Shown here: positions 26,501-38,700 of the stretch, one piece after another | Layout: each line of letters begins with the position of its first letter | How positions within the stretch are numbered: position 1 is the first letter of the stretch | From: Klebsormidium nitens | Taxonomy: Eukaryota; Plantae; Klebsormidiophyceae | Direction of reading: 5' to 3' | DNA: 64,000 nucleotides | Assembly: GCA_000708835.1 (NCBI GenBank) | Contig: DF237098.1 | Span: 54,133-118,132, forward strand | The notes under the pieces: generated by a model | What the model saw: the letters and a program-made list of their open reading frames with translations, nothing else | Told to the model about the DNA's origin: nothing | Databases searched by the model: none | Program-made: the position numbers and the translations under genes

Positions 26501-29500
26501 GCGACAGAGTGATTCTGCACGCAAATATCTCGCAGGAGTGAGTAACAGATTTCTTCTTCCCTTTTTGTGGGTGGAACATTCAAATCCTCATCAGGGTGTA
26601 GATTATCAAGGTGTCAAGATTACCCCTGTGCAACTTGCTCTTTCCGGAATGATTCGCGACGTGATCTCATACTACGAAACTGGTGCGGCTTCGGGGTTAT
26701 ATCTGTAACGACGATCGGGGTCTTTCGTATGTGAAGGTCTTGCAATTTACATCTGCCTTCGGAGTGTCCAACAGTGCGTGCGCGCGGTTCGAGTACCTTC
26801 GTTTCTTTGTGCAGTTCTCCAGACTCTGCTTATCATCTGCGTCGGGTCTTGGCTTCATCTACAAGCTTTCTTCTTGCCCATTTTCAGGGCAGACTTTGAA
26901 TATTCGACGCAAAATACGGCGCGGTCACTGGCTCTTTTTGATGTTAACCGCGCCTTGAGATGAATCAGTCCTTCCGTTTCATGAGGGTTCTCGCATCAAA
27001 AATTTACCAACTACTGAAACCTCTGTTTGCGTTGAAAGGATGTCTAAGTGTCCTCTGTGATGTCCCAGGTTCGACGAAGGGCTGGGCGGCTACGTGGGAA
27101 CTCTGATCGTTCCTGACCCCGGAGACTATGTTCTAAAGGTCGCCCTGCACTGGGTCCATGGAACGGCGGACCTTTACCAGGTTAGAGAACTTATTTCTCA
27201 CTGGTTAAATTATATTTTTTGCTGGCAGAAGGCAAGAGATTCGACTTTTATGGAACTCACTGGGCCTTTCAATACGTGCACAGCGTTGTTGTGGCTCCGA
27301 CAAAGAAGCCTGTAAAGGCAAGACTCCCAATCGAAAACAGAATGTTTTGATATCATATCATTAGTGCTTCCTTCCAGTTGTAATTCTCCTAAGTGGAATA
27401 CTGTGCCTCGTAGACCTCATACGAATCAAATGTTCAAACTGCCGAGTCTTGTTTGCCTCTTGTCTTCGGAGAAAATACTGCTTTCCGTGGTACTTGTTCC
27501 GAGTCGAGATTGAAAGTTTCCGAAGACCTTTTCTCGCTTATAAGGAACGAGTGGAAGCTTTTGATTCCAGACATTTCAGGAGGAGCTCTTGAACATCTTT
27601 CTTAGTCAGATGGAAGAAAGGTGATTAGCTAGTACTTTCGTAGCCTTGCCGACTCGCGCTCGTAAGCGTCTCAAACGGACACGTTACGTGCAGAGATCAG
27701 AGCAAAAACGCAACGAGCGAGTTTTTTCAGAACTGATGGACAAACTCTTGGTTCGCAGGAGCCGTTTCCCGAGTCCGTTTCCAGCCACATGCAACACATG
27801 TACAGCCAGTGTGAAGACGCCCGCAGCCTGGTGCACGGGTCGCCAATGACCGTCCGATCTCGGTGTGAAAACCCCGAGACGACATCCTCATACGATGTGA
27901 CGTCATGCCAGCAGCTGGACCTGGCACTCTCCCCCAAGATCGCAACGGAAGCGACCTTGCAGGCCGGAACGGAACCGGCGGAAAGTTTGAGACAAGAACA
28001 ATCGGCGTCAGTTTGGCAGCCCCGGTGTGTTGAGGGCGACAAGCCAGGCCGTTGGCTAAATCTGCCAGTCGCCGAGAATTGCCGCCCGCCGTTCTGCTCG
28101 GGGAACCGCTCGGCTACGAACGTGGTTAAGGAGTGGAACGGGAATGACATACCCTGGGTTTACGCGCCGTTCGGGTGTCAGTACCACATGTTTTCGCTGG
28201 GGGATATAACCACCTGTGCTGGAGAAACGGGTAAGATTTGTAGCCTCCTTTCTGGCCAAGAGGTGTCAAGGGTTTGGTCCGACAAGCAAGCGGACGCACA
28301 GCGGAACGCACCGCGGAACAGGAACAGAGAAGCTTTGTAGAAGCGGCGGCCTCCGAGATTTGATGCATTGAGGCGGCTGGCTGTGAAAGGTTCTGATTGC
28401 CATAATGCTGCGCCCTTAGATTCCAATGATGACCAGAGCGTTTTAAACACCTTGTGAGACGGAGTCACGAGGCGTCGCTATGGAACCGTTCAATATCAGA
28501 GCTGTCGCAGAATCAAAACAGCCTCCTCTTCGCCGTTTCCAAGTAGCAAATGAATCTTTCTCTTTCATTTCGACAGAGACATCAGATGCTTCACAGATAG
28601 ATATGAAAACGAAATGGATGACCATCATCTTGCAGGAAAGATCTCGACTCGCCAAAGGCACAAAGAGAATCCAGTCTGAGTAACTCTCTGCCTTATAATA
28701 ACTCTGAAGGCGGTCCGGGAACACTCCTTGCAACTTCAATCTGTTTTGAGCATTCGAATATGAGCGAGGCCAACGAGTTTCATCCTCGTGGAAGACTAAC
28801 TGGTTCCTCGAACTCTAGCCTTCTTCAAATTTATACACTCCTTCCTTTCAGGCGTCAAATGGGTCCATGTAGTAGGCGACTCTACAGTGCGCGAAATCCC
28901 GTCGACGCTTTTCTCGATGGACCCCGAAATGGAGCCCATGCAAGGGCGGCGCTTCGAGTACGCTGACAAGCGCATCGGCGCGTCGCTCGTCGCGAACCAA
29001 AACCTCAAAACCCTGTCGCTTGTGCGGCGCCGCGGCCGCGCGCTGCTGGGGTCGCGCGACAAGCCGGCGCGCGCGTCCGAAGCGCGCGCGCTGGGTTATG
29101 AACGGTTAGCGAAAAGGGGAGCCCCCGATCAAAAGAACGCGTCCGCTCGAAAGAAGGCTCCGGAGACGGACGGAATGAGGCCGGAAAGGAACGGGAGCGG
29201 GCGGAACGAGGTGGGCGGAAGGCCAGGGACCGGCTCGGAGCCCCGAGGGCTTTCGCCTCTCCGGGTCACCTTCCAGTTCTTTGACCAGATGTACCCGATG
29301 GAGACCGGTGCGCACCGGGACTTTGAGGGTATGGACCGACCGCTGCTGGACCAGTTCAACGTCACGTGCCCCGCGGACGCGGCCGCGTGCCCTGACGTCA
29401 TCATCTTGAGCCCTGCGATGGCATACTCGTTGTGGAAGCAGAACGGGAGCGATTTTGAGGTGGGTTGACTATGTCTTCTAACAGTGTTTGGTCGTCCATA

Positions 29501-30530
29501 CTTTTCGGATCTTCGTCCGAGGGGAATACGTTTGTGTAGAAGAACGACAGTGACTCGACCACGCTTGCGCTCCATACGACGTTGCGAACATTGGTGTTCC
29601 CGGATACTTCGACACCGTGCTCGTTCTTCCCTTCAGAACGATGCATCGAAGCTCCTCACAGAGAGCAGAACAGCTGTCAAATCCTTCTGGCTATCATTTT
29701 ATGTAAGCCTTGTCGTTTGGTACATGATTCAGAGCGGCTTCGTTTTCTGTTCTCGTCAAGATGAAGGTCCGGAACTCTACCTCCTTGAAAATTCGATGCG
29801 ACTTGGCTTCATCAAGAAGTCGGCGATATGAAGAATGCATCTTAAACACTTGTATTCCGCGGGCAGAGTCTGACGTTGACTTTTGCGCGAGTCCAATCTG
29901 CTCCATGATCTCTAGAATGTGCGGAAGGCCGAGTGAAGTTCGACATTGAACCGCAGGCAAACACTTCTTGCGAAAAGAAGGAAAGCCTTGATGTCAACAC
30001 TTCTTTACTTCTTAGTTGTCGAGCTTTGCTTCTCCTTTTCTCTTTCTTACTTCTTCTCGCAAGATGCTTGATCTCAGCATAGGCTTCTGAAAAGCGTCCC
30101 AACCGCTGATAGCAAATTGACTCAACTCTGATGGCATTCTCCTTCCAATGAACAGACCTGGGTGACGGACTTTGCGGCGTACATCGCGGCCGCGCTCGCG
30201 GCCCCGCGCGGTTCGCGGCGCGCGCCCCTGCGCGCGATCTGGTACCGGTCGCCGTTCATGTTCTCCCAAGCCCACGAACGCAGCTCGCCTTATATAAGCC
30301 TCCCCCGGTTATTGCGCTTCGACGAGGCTGCCACGCGCGTGTTGAGGAAGATAGGCGTTGGGGTTTTCGATGCGATGACGCCGACCAGAACTAGACCGGG
30401 CACGTGCTACGACGGATTGCATTACCTTATGGCGACGGCTGATGGGCACATGGGCCATACGAGCAACATGCTTATGCAGATGCTGCTTAACACGATCTTC
30501 GACAAGTGCACGCAAGTAGACCCGGCGTAG
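23520..30530 (+). CDS. Type II membrane NXPE/PC-esterase-like (SGNH-type) protein, putative glycan O-acetyltransferase or esterase, 7 exons
   Basis: Short basic N-tail and TM helix (RKRGPTLVLCFALVFVSFLLLY), long acidic stem, Ig/filamin-like segment (GDTVSFLVRP...FDEGLGGYVGTLIVPDPGDYVLKVAL), Cys-rich pre-catalytic segment (PGRW...CRPPFC...WVYAPFGCQYHMF), GDS motif (WVHVVGDSTVRE, ~28875) and DxxH motif (CYDGLHY, ~30411). Junctions at ~25560/25945, 26053/26389, 26537/27069, 27180/27758, 28230/28851, 29459/30156 are in phase. Confidence 0.8.
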
Positions 30531-32202
30531 AGTCGTGACTTGGTATGAGAGGTCTGTAAAAAAGCGCGCACTCGAGAGTCGACCTGAGAACATGGATGAG
30601 TGATTGTGGGACCACAATCCCGAGTTGGACTACAAGCTAAAACCCCTCTGAGAATCAGCTTATAGCCGTTGATACCTATATGACAGCGCAGCACTAAAGA
30701 AGTTGCCGCATCATCGTCTTTGCAGTAGTCTTCCTGGAATTGCACTGCTTGATTGGTTGAAGCACGCCACGCAAGTTGGCGACTCTTGGCAATTGGGTCA
30801 TTATGACTTTCTTCGTGCCGTACGGTATTCCCAGCTGGGCCGCGCGGCCGCGCCGTCCCAAAGAACGGTTAGTCTTGGCTCGGGGCGCTGAGCGCGCCCT
30901 TTCAAAATCCATTACAGGTACATTCAGGCCGCCCTTAGCACTTCGAAGGCGTATGTACCAATTTCGGTCTGGGTTCCTCTGTTCCTGCATTAGAGCACGA
31001 GAGACGTGTAACATTTTTTCCGACAGGCCCGCACCGTCTCCATCTGCCATGGTCTGTCGGATGTCCGATTGTCAGCCTGGCGCAATGCCATGATCATATT
31101 AAGCAAGATCTGGCTAGAAGAGCCAGATGCATACCGTAATCATGTGCTAATCATGTGCTAACCGCACGCGGTGACCGTACGGCCACGATCATAGTGATTG
31201 CCGGGGTCGCTGTCTACACGCTGGCAAAGCACTCAATTAACAGACTTGTTTTATGTCATCAAATTTTCGGACGAACGTCGGACATGTATAGCTACTAAGC
31301 GCACATGCAACGGCACCATAGCATGTAATCAAAGTGGCGGATTTTAAGGCATGTCGCATACTGAGTGGGACCAATAAGAGATAACACAAATCTCAAACTT
31401 GAGTACGCGTCAGGCCCGGGGTGAACACAAATCGCGGTCACGTGTATCAGAACAAGGAGACTGCATATTGATCGCGCTAATTACAATTTTCACAAGCTCG
31501 CGACCACTGAGGTCGCGGCCGGAGTGACGGTCACTTTCAATGGGCCGCCCGCGGGCTTGCATGGCGTAAATCATGCAAGCGCTGGCCGCCATGCAATTGA
31601 TCGAGCAAGCGAAGCTGAATTTAATTAGCTAGATGTGAGTGTTCCTGAAGTACCAATGGATCGACGTTATCATAGTATGACTCTGCTGATACACGTACAG
31701 ATTTGACATATATCAGATTTGGATGCATGTAGCAATTACACTGACATTGCACTCGACGTACCGGCAACCGTTGAACGCTAGCTCAGGTTCAAAAGAATGC
31801 ATGCCAGCAAACGTTATAACGTACTGTGGCCGGTCTCGAGCTTAGCAACAAGCTGGCATACATCATGCACAGTGCAATGATGCCATGCCCGGGCCCGCGG
31901 AGCAAGGCTCAACAGAGCTGCTTAACGAGTCCCTTCAAACCTTTGAGCTAGTCTTTTCAGGCCACGGGTTTACAATGGTGTGCAAAGTGTCTAATAACGG
32001 CACTACCTGGTAGTGCCACTCAAACCGCATTCCACTGGAATGGCATAATGGGGGATGGAGCCTTATTTCAACTCGGATCAATGCCACAATGTAACCTCTT
32101 CCAGTCCCGCAATACTTGTTCTCTTAATCAATAATTGTCTCCTGAACTACCGTGCGAACGTACCAATTCAGTAGTGACCGCTGAAAGACTCAAAAGTTAT
32201 AG

Positions 32203-32325
32203 AAGAGCGGATGCGATGACGACGACCCTGGACCGTTTGTGGTACTATAAATACTAACTCGCAATATATAAGAGCGGATGCGACGACAACGACGCTGGAC
32301 CGTCTGTGGTTCTATAAATACTCGC
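32203..32325. repeat. Two degenerate tandem copies of a ~68-bp unit containing CTATAAATACT
   Basis: agagcggatgcga(t/c)gac..cgac.ctggaccgt.tgtggt.ctataaatact starts at ~32203 and again at ~32271. Confidence 0.75.
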
Positions 32326-32580
32326 AAGATGTTCATATGTCATATCTCTCGGCCGTTTCTAGGCCAATCGGGCACTCTCGATAGCAGCTACAACCAAAGT
32401 TTACCCCACGGAGGGCTTACGAAATAAGGAATGGTAGCGGGGTTCCAGTAACCCGGCAAACCTGACCGTAAAACATCTAGCGTTCTGGAGATTGCTACCA
32501 GCATTCAATGCCTCAAATCAAAGCTCAAGAACGAAACTCGCCGAAGCACTTGTTCTCTCTGCCCAGAGCCGGAAGCTAGG

Positions 32581-32677
32581 GAGAAGCTCAAACGAATCAC
32601 CTTCCAAAGATGATAACTGCCCAGAGCCGGATCGCTCGGGAGAAGCTCAAACGAATCACCTTCCAAAGATGATAACT
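32581..32677. repeat. Direct repeat GAAGCTCAAACGAATCACCTTCCAAAGATGATAACT, two copies 3' of the GH10 gene
   Basis: The same string is present at ~32583 and ~32642. Confidence 0.8.
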
Positions 32678-32734
32678 TATTCAAAGGAAACCTGTGCTGT
32701 AACGCTAGCTTGACTCGCCGCTGTTGCGTGTCCG

Positions 32735-35700
32735 TTACGCTCCCTGGTAACGCCCCGAGGCGCAGGTGGCGTGGCCGTTGTCAAACTGACCGCACCCCTG
32801 GCCGTCGCAGCAGATGAAGCCGGAACCATCCGGGCCGTAGCACTGCGGCGACAAAGAAAGCGGTTTAGTCACAGGCAGCGATCATGGAGTGATAGTCCGA
32901 ATGACTCGACCATGGAATAAGGCACCTATCTTAGACTCGCTCGGCCTTTCCCAGGCCCCGTATAAGTAGGCAGTGCGCCTGACACACAAGTTTCTTCACA
33001 GAGACGTAGGTAGTACGCTCTTAGTAGTGAGAAATTTCGTCAAGATCCGACGATCGAGGGAGGCAATGATAGGGAGGAGGACGCGTGGCATAAAAAATGG
33101 CCCAAAAGCCAGTAGACCGGAACGGAACAAAGAAACCTGAAGGAGCAGGGGCCGGAACGGCAAAGTTGAACGAGGAAAAACAGGTAGGAGGCGGTTCCCG
33201 TTGCACTAACCTGGTTGGGGAAGGGGCTCTGGAAGTCGCAGAGTCCGCCCGCTGCAAGGACGGAACGACCCAGCGGAATCAGTGTCAGTGTGTGGGCTCT
33301 TGAGCTTGAGCAGTCAAGATAGGTCACACAAAACAGTCCACCGACAGCCTAATCTGGTACGCCTTTCCTCTGTAGGCTGCCAAACCGATCCCGCAAACCC
33401 GTTTTCCATCTGAAGTGTTTATCGCTAGCAGCTCGAAGCTCCACTTTCATGTAGAAAGATATGTGCACTACCTGGACACAATTCCGGGAAAACGTCCGTT
33501 AACCATTCAAGGTTAGGCAAATATCCCAAATGCTAGAGCCACTGACCTGCGCTCGGGTTGGGAACGCCTCCTGGTGCCGGGGTCGGGTTAGCCGGGGCGG
33601 GTGTCGGGTTAACCGGTGCAGGAGTCGGGTTAACGGGTGCCGGGGTCGGGTTTGCGGTCGGGGAAGGGGTTACTGGGGTTGGGTTAGTGGGAGCCGGAGT
33701 GGGGTTAGAGACCGGGGAACCAGGGTACCGGTTGCTGGCACACGTGGCACTAGAGCCGGAGGCGCCGCCGCAGCCGCTAGTGTCACAGCAGACGAAGGAA
33801 TCACCGCCGGGGGAGTAGCACTGCAAAAAGTGGTTAACAAGGGTTAGCGACCCGGTCAAGGCGTGTACTGCGAAGAGGTTTCCTTGCATGCATATGCTGC
33901 GGAATCTTCTTCCGGAGCCCACGTATGGAAAGGGGCTTAGCACTGGCGAGCAGAAGAGGCTAGTTTTTACCGGTCAGATATTGAATTAGCATACAATTGT
34001 ATACGACACAGGCTGTCGTGACTTGGAACAAAACTGCATCTTGTAGAACGGGTCTGCAGCCTGCAATCTGGAAGCAGATAAACAGTCGTGCCGTTGTTTA
34101 ACCCAGGAACTCTAACCCACCTGGTTAGGGAAGCCCGGCACTCCGCCACAGGTGCCACCTGCACACACAACGTAGCAGGTTACGTCAGCTCCTCCAAGCA
34201 AGACAATCAATGGTGACGTCAGCTCTCGAAAGCAAGGGGATAATCACAGCTGTCAAGTAGACTTCAGTGCAGAGCTTCACAGCTGTGTTTTTATTGCCGC
34301 CTTACGAGTCCATAAGCACGGTTGGAACCGTAAGAACAGCAAATTCGGTTAGTCGGCCTCTTCGACCGAGGCGCTGCTTGCAAGATCAGGGGCTTAACGT
34401 CGAGCATGGCATTATAATCAAGAGCTAGTCCTTAACCTAGCTTCGGCTTTCCAATATCCATGAGTACGATGCGAATCGCAAACAAGACATTGCAGACGTG
34501 AGACTGAAAGGTTTTTTTTGCAGAAGCAAAACAGGTCCGCCTGCCGTCTTTGACCCTCAACAACTCACCCCTTCGGTACCGCTGAATAGACAGGGCAACT
34601 TTCGGATTGATTACGAGTACGTGACTATGTGCTGACGCCACACAGCTTGTGACTGTTGGGCGACTAACCCCCTACTAACCCCCGTTGAAATCGGGAAAAA
34701 CAGCAGGCGTCAAAGTATCCTTTTATAGCTCTCCGTTTGAACGGGAACTTCAGAGTTAACCCGAAATGAGTTGTGGGGTTAGCGAACATACCCGCTGGGG
34801 AAGGGGCAGGGACGCCGCCAGGTGGCGCGGATGCTGCATAAGGAAAAGACGTAACATCTTATTTCCAAAGATCATTCTCAATTGATATGCGCACAGGGAT
34901 TTGAAGCCCAGTATCTCTTTCGCCGCTCTCTGCATCAAGACCGGGTGTCAGCACGAGCCTGCCGCTGATCGTTTTGCTTCCTAGCTTCTGATGCGACGAA
35001 GTAATCTCGTAAAAAATGCACTGTACATCTAGACTGGAACGAAATAGTTGTGGCAAGGAAACGCGGAAGCGTGAAGCCAATGAAGGTGGCGCATTTGAGC
35101 TGTTAAAGTAGACTTACTGGGTGATGACGTGGCAGTCGGGGTAGTAGTCGGACCTGCTGTCGGGGCGGGCGTGGCAGAAGAGCCGGTGAGGCTCAGAACG
35201 ACGTTCCTTTGCACTGCAAAAAGCGGAGAGAAAACTCTCAGTCACTAAAACTGCATCTGAGACGCGTTTCTGGTGTGGGTGTCTGCGAACAACATCTAAG
35301 ACACGTTTTTGGTATGGCGTGCACGCAGAAACTCCTCAGCAATGAAGTCCATTCTGCGCTCAAGACCAAGTCAGTGGCAGTCTGCCATCCCTCTACTCCG
35401 GAGCTTTTGGTGGCGACCTTCTAGCCTTTGCCTTACCGCTAGAAGGTCGCCACCAAAAGCTCCCAAGTAAAGTGTTCCTGCTGTTGCGGGGCATAGGTCC
35501 GCCTCCAAGCGTAGAGCCGGCGACGAATTACCTTCCTCTGATAAGAGCTCTTCCGTGGCGAGCATTTTGTGGAACACAGCCAGACTATCGCCGCGATTTT
35601 GAAACGTCACCGCCGTACTCACAATGTAGAGCTACTACCCGTTAGATCTGACGGTCCACCTTTTAGTGGCGACCACTCAGCGCAGAACCAACCCCGGAAT

Positions 35701-38700
35701 GTCGCTGCAAAATATGCAAAACCGGCTTCGACTTACCTCCCGGGGTCTCTGGGACGGTGAACGTCTTGGTCGTTGTGACGCCGCCAACGGTGATCCTCGC
35801 TTCGAAGTTGCCAAAGAAGGCGTTGAAAGTGGGGAGCCGGCCGCTGCCGTCCGTCGTGCCGGTTCTGGGCGGCGTAGTGAACTCGTTCTTGAGAGCCTGC
35901 GCACACGAGATTTTCAGCCTTAACCAACTTTCAAAAGCCTGCATCATCAAGCCCATCTACCGCAGACTCCCACCTGTCGTAGCTCAAAGCCTTCGACTAA
36001 GACTCGAACATTCCTTTTTCGTTTCGAGTCACTCTCCAGAAACTTCGACTAACATTGATTGTCCGGCACTTGGTAAGAATCTGAGACGGCTTTCACTTGG
36101 TAAGGTCTGAGACGGCTTTGTGGATTTGTTTCTAAGAGCCTACAGGAACGTCTCCGAACAAAGAACGAAGGGCGAAGAACAGTCGCGCCCCATAGCAAAT
36201 ATAAGTACGACAAGCAAAGGGAGCCAAAACCAAATGGACGCGTGGCACTGACCCCGGTTGCGGTCGTACTCCAATTCTCAACTCGTAGTTGCGAGTATCC
36301 AAAAGAGAGACAGGACGACGGTCGCCAGTCCAAACCAAGCCGAATCAAGGAGATTTGCGAGAAGCTTACCTGCACTCTCTGACCGGCGGCATTCAGGGTA
36401 AAGTCCAGGTTGACCAGGCACGCGTTGCACTGGCCGCCGTTGCGGTCATACTCCGACTGCGGCTGGTAGTTGTACCAGAAGAGGAAACCCTTGACTGCGG
36501 GATGCGCGAAGCACTCGCGGAAGATGAACTCGAGATAGTCGGCGCGTTTGTTGACGTCCAGAATGTTGACGTTCACTTCGGACATCCAGATGGGGATGCC
36601 GGCGCTCGCGACCTTGTCGAGGCGCGCGCGCAGCTGGAGGGGCTCGACTCCCAGGAATTGGCCCTGCAATCAAGACTGTTTCCTTTCAAGATCTCAGACT
36701 TTCAAAAGAGGCAAGCAGTACTGATACCGGAGCTGGCAATTCTGTCGAGGCGCTGACGCGATTGGAGGGACTCCACTCCTAGAAAAGGCGTCTGCAAGTG
36801 CTTATGGGGGTATAAGGAGAAGTCGTTTGTATCTGCTTTAGACCCGTTTTTAGAAGCGCGTGCGCAGTAGGACGTTTCGACGTCAGAGGATGCGCGAGAC
36901 TCGCTGGGACTAACTCTTAGGCCTTGCCGCATCTATTGGGGTCATATCCTCCACCATCAAGTGTTTCGGTCATATCCTACACCAAGGACTCATTTCTTCT
37001 AGCAATTGATTTGATGTGCCTGTGAACCCTTTTAAGCCCGTACAAGCAGATCACGGGAAGGCCAGGACGTCAGTCAGCAGCCCACGTGACGTCAATGCGG
37101 CTCATTACTGTAGCGTTTATTCGATGGCGGATCTTTCTCCTAGCGTTTGTTTTATATTTCTGTGAGGCTTTTGAGCTCAAGCAAGGACGCACCTGGAACG
37201 CCAAGATGTCGATCGGGAGCCCACGTGACGTCAGCGCGTTCAGCTGGTTCAGGTAAAACTCGGGATAGGCAACGGGATCGGAGCACGTCTCCACGTAGTT
37301 GTAGTCTGCGAAGGAAAAGGAGAGTGGTTCTTCGAAAGCGACACCTGGATGATCGAGGTTCTCCCAGTTCTTCCGTGTGCTGCAAGAAGGACTCTAGCGA
37401 AGGCCACGAGTCATGGAACATGTCTCGAGGTAGTTATGCTCCACGGAACCAAAAGCAAAAAGAAAGTGAAGGGGGGCGACACGTGAATAGATAATCCTCG
37501 AGATCAAAACTTGGTGCAGGTGTTGACAGACCAATGGACGTTGACGGAGAAAGTTAAGAGCGGCAACAGTCAATCCGGTACATCTCGTTGCTCAACGCAT
37601 GCGTCCGGTCCCCTTCGATCAATTCAGAATTGGAGTCAACAAGCAAGAGTAGATTCCACAGTAAGGACAAGGGCAAAATTCTCCTCAGCTTTTGACCTAC
37701 CGTTGAGGGCATTCTTCACGTTGGGGTCGATCGCCTTCACGGCGGGATACATCCAGTCATCGATCGCGTTTCCAAGCTTGTTCTCGTAGTAACTGCACAC
37801 GGAGGAGGACGGATCGATGAAAATTGGGGATATCCAGGTCTTGAGATTCTGAATGTAAGGTCAGCTTCCTCTCGAAAACAATCTTCCTAATCAGAATCAT
37901 AGATGTAGATTTGGCAGTCTCTCCCCAAACAATCTTCCTACTCAGACAGAGTCGTGTCTCAGGTTCTTCTGAAAGGGCCGTCGATTGAGCCCACTTTGTT
38001 ATGGAAAAGCCTAGCCAGATTAGCTCCTTAATAGGATGATTACCAGCGTCCACCTCAGTACTGTGCCTGTATCGCGGAACGCAACAAGCACATCCTTCTA
38101 TGGAGTAACAGCCGAGTAACAGCCAACTGTCGTGTCAAATTGGTTGTGTCGGGTTCGTTGTTCCTGAGAAAGACTCACCCGCCCTTGAACTGCTCGTTGT
38201 TGACGTCCCAGTGAATGACCTGCAACCAACATAAACTCAGGTTGTAAGCTTTCAGAACTATGGATTTTTATTGCTATTCCAAGATTCGCTGGGGAGTACA
38301 AGTATGCAATTAACCAGAGAAGCGACCTTTCCAAAGCACAGGTTCGGGTCTGGCAACTGTCAAGAGCATGCGACTCAAGCAAGGGAGGATTTTGACTACA
38401 ACCTTTAATGTCTCTGCTCAATCTCGTTTTGCGCCTCCACAGATCTCTAGAGGCAATTCCGTAATCAGTGCAAACGACAAGGCGCTTGAAACGGAAAGAT
38501 GCATTGCCAAAGCTACTATGGATCGGACCAGCCCTCCTATCAACTAAAAAGGTTGCTTGATGTATTTTAGGCCCACTCTTTCTTGGGGACGACTGACCCG
38601 CAGCTAGCGCCCCCTTTGTTTCCGTGATTACGTGCCTCAGTCGAAATTCGACATTGATCCAACCTTCGCCGTTCCCTGGTTTGGCCCCCTCTTACCAAGA

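Noticed and set aside
33530-33847. Plus-strand Gly/Arg/Val-rich ORFs
   Set aside because: Antisense translations of the NPTPAP linker of the GH10 gene.
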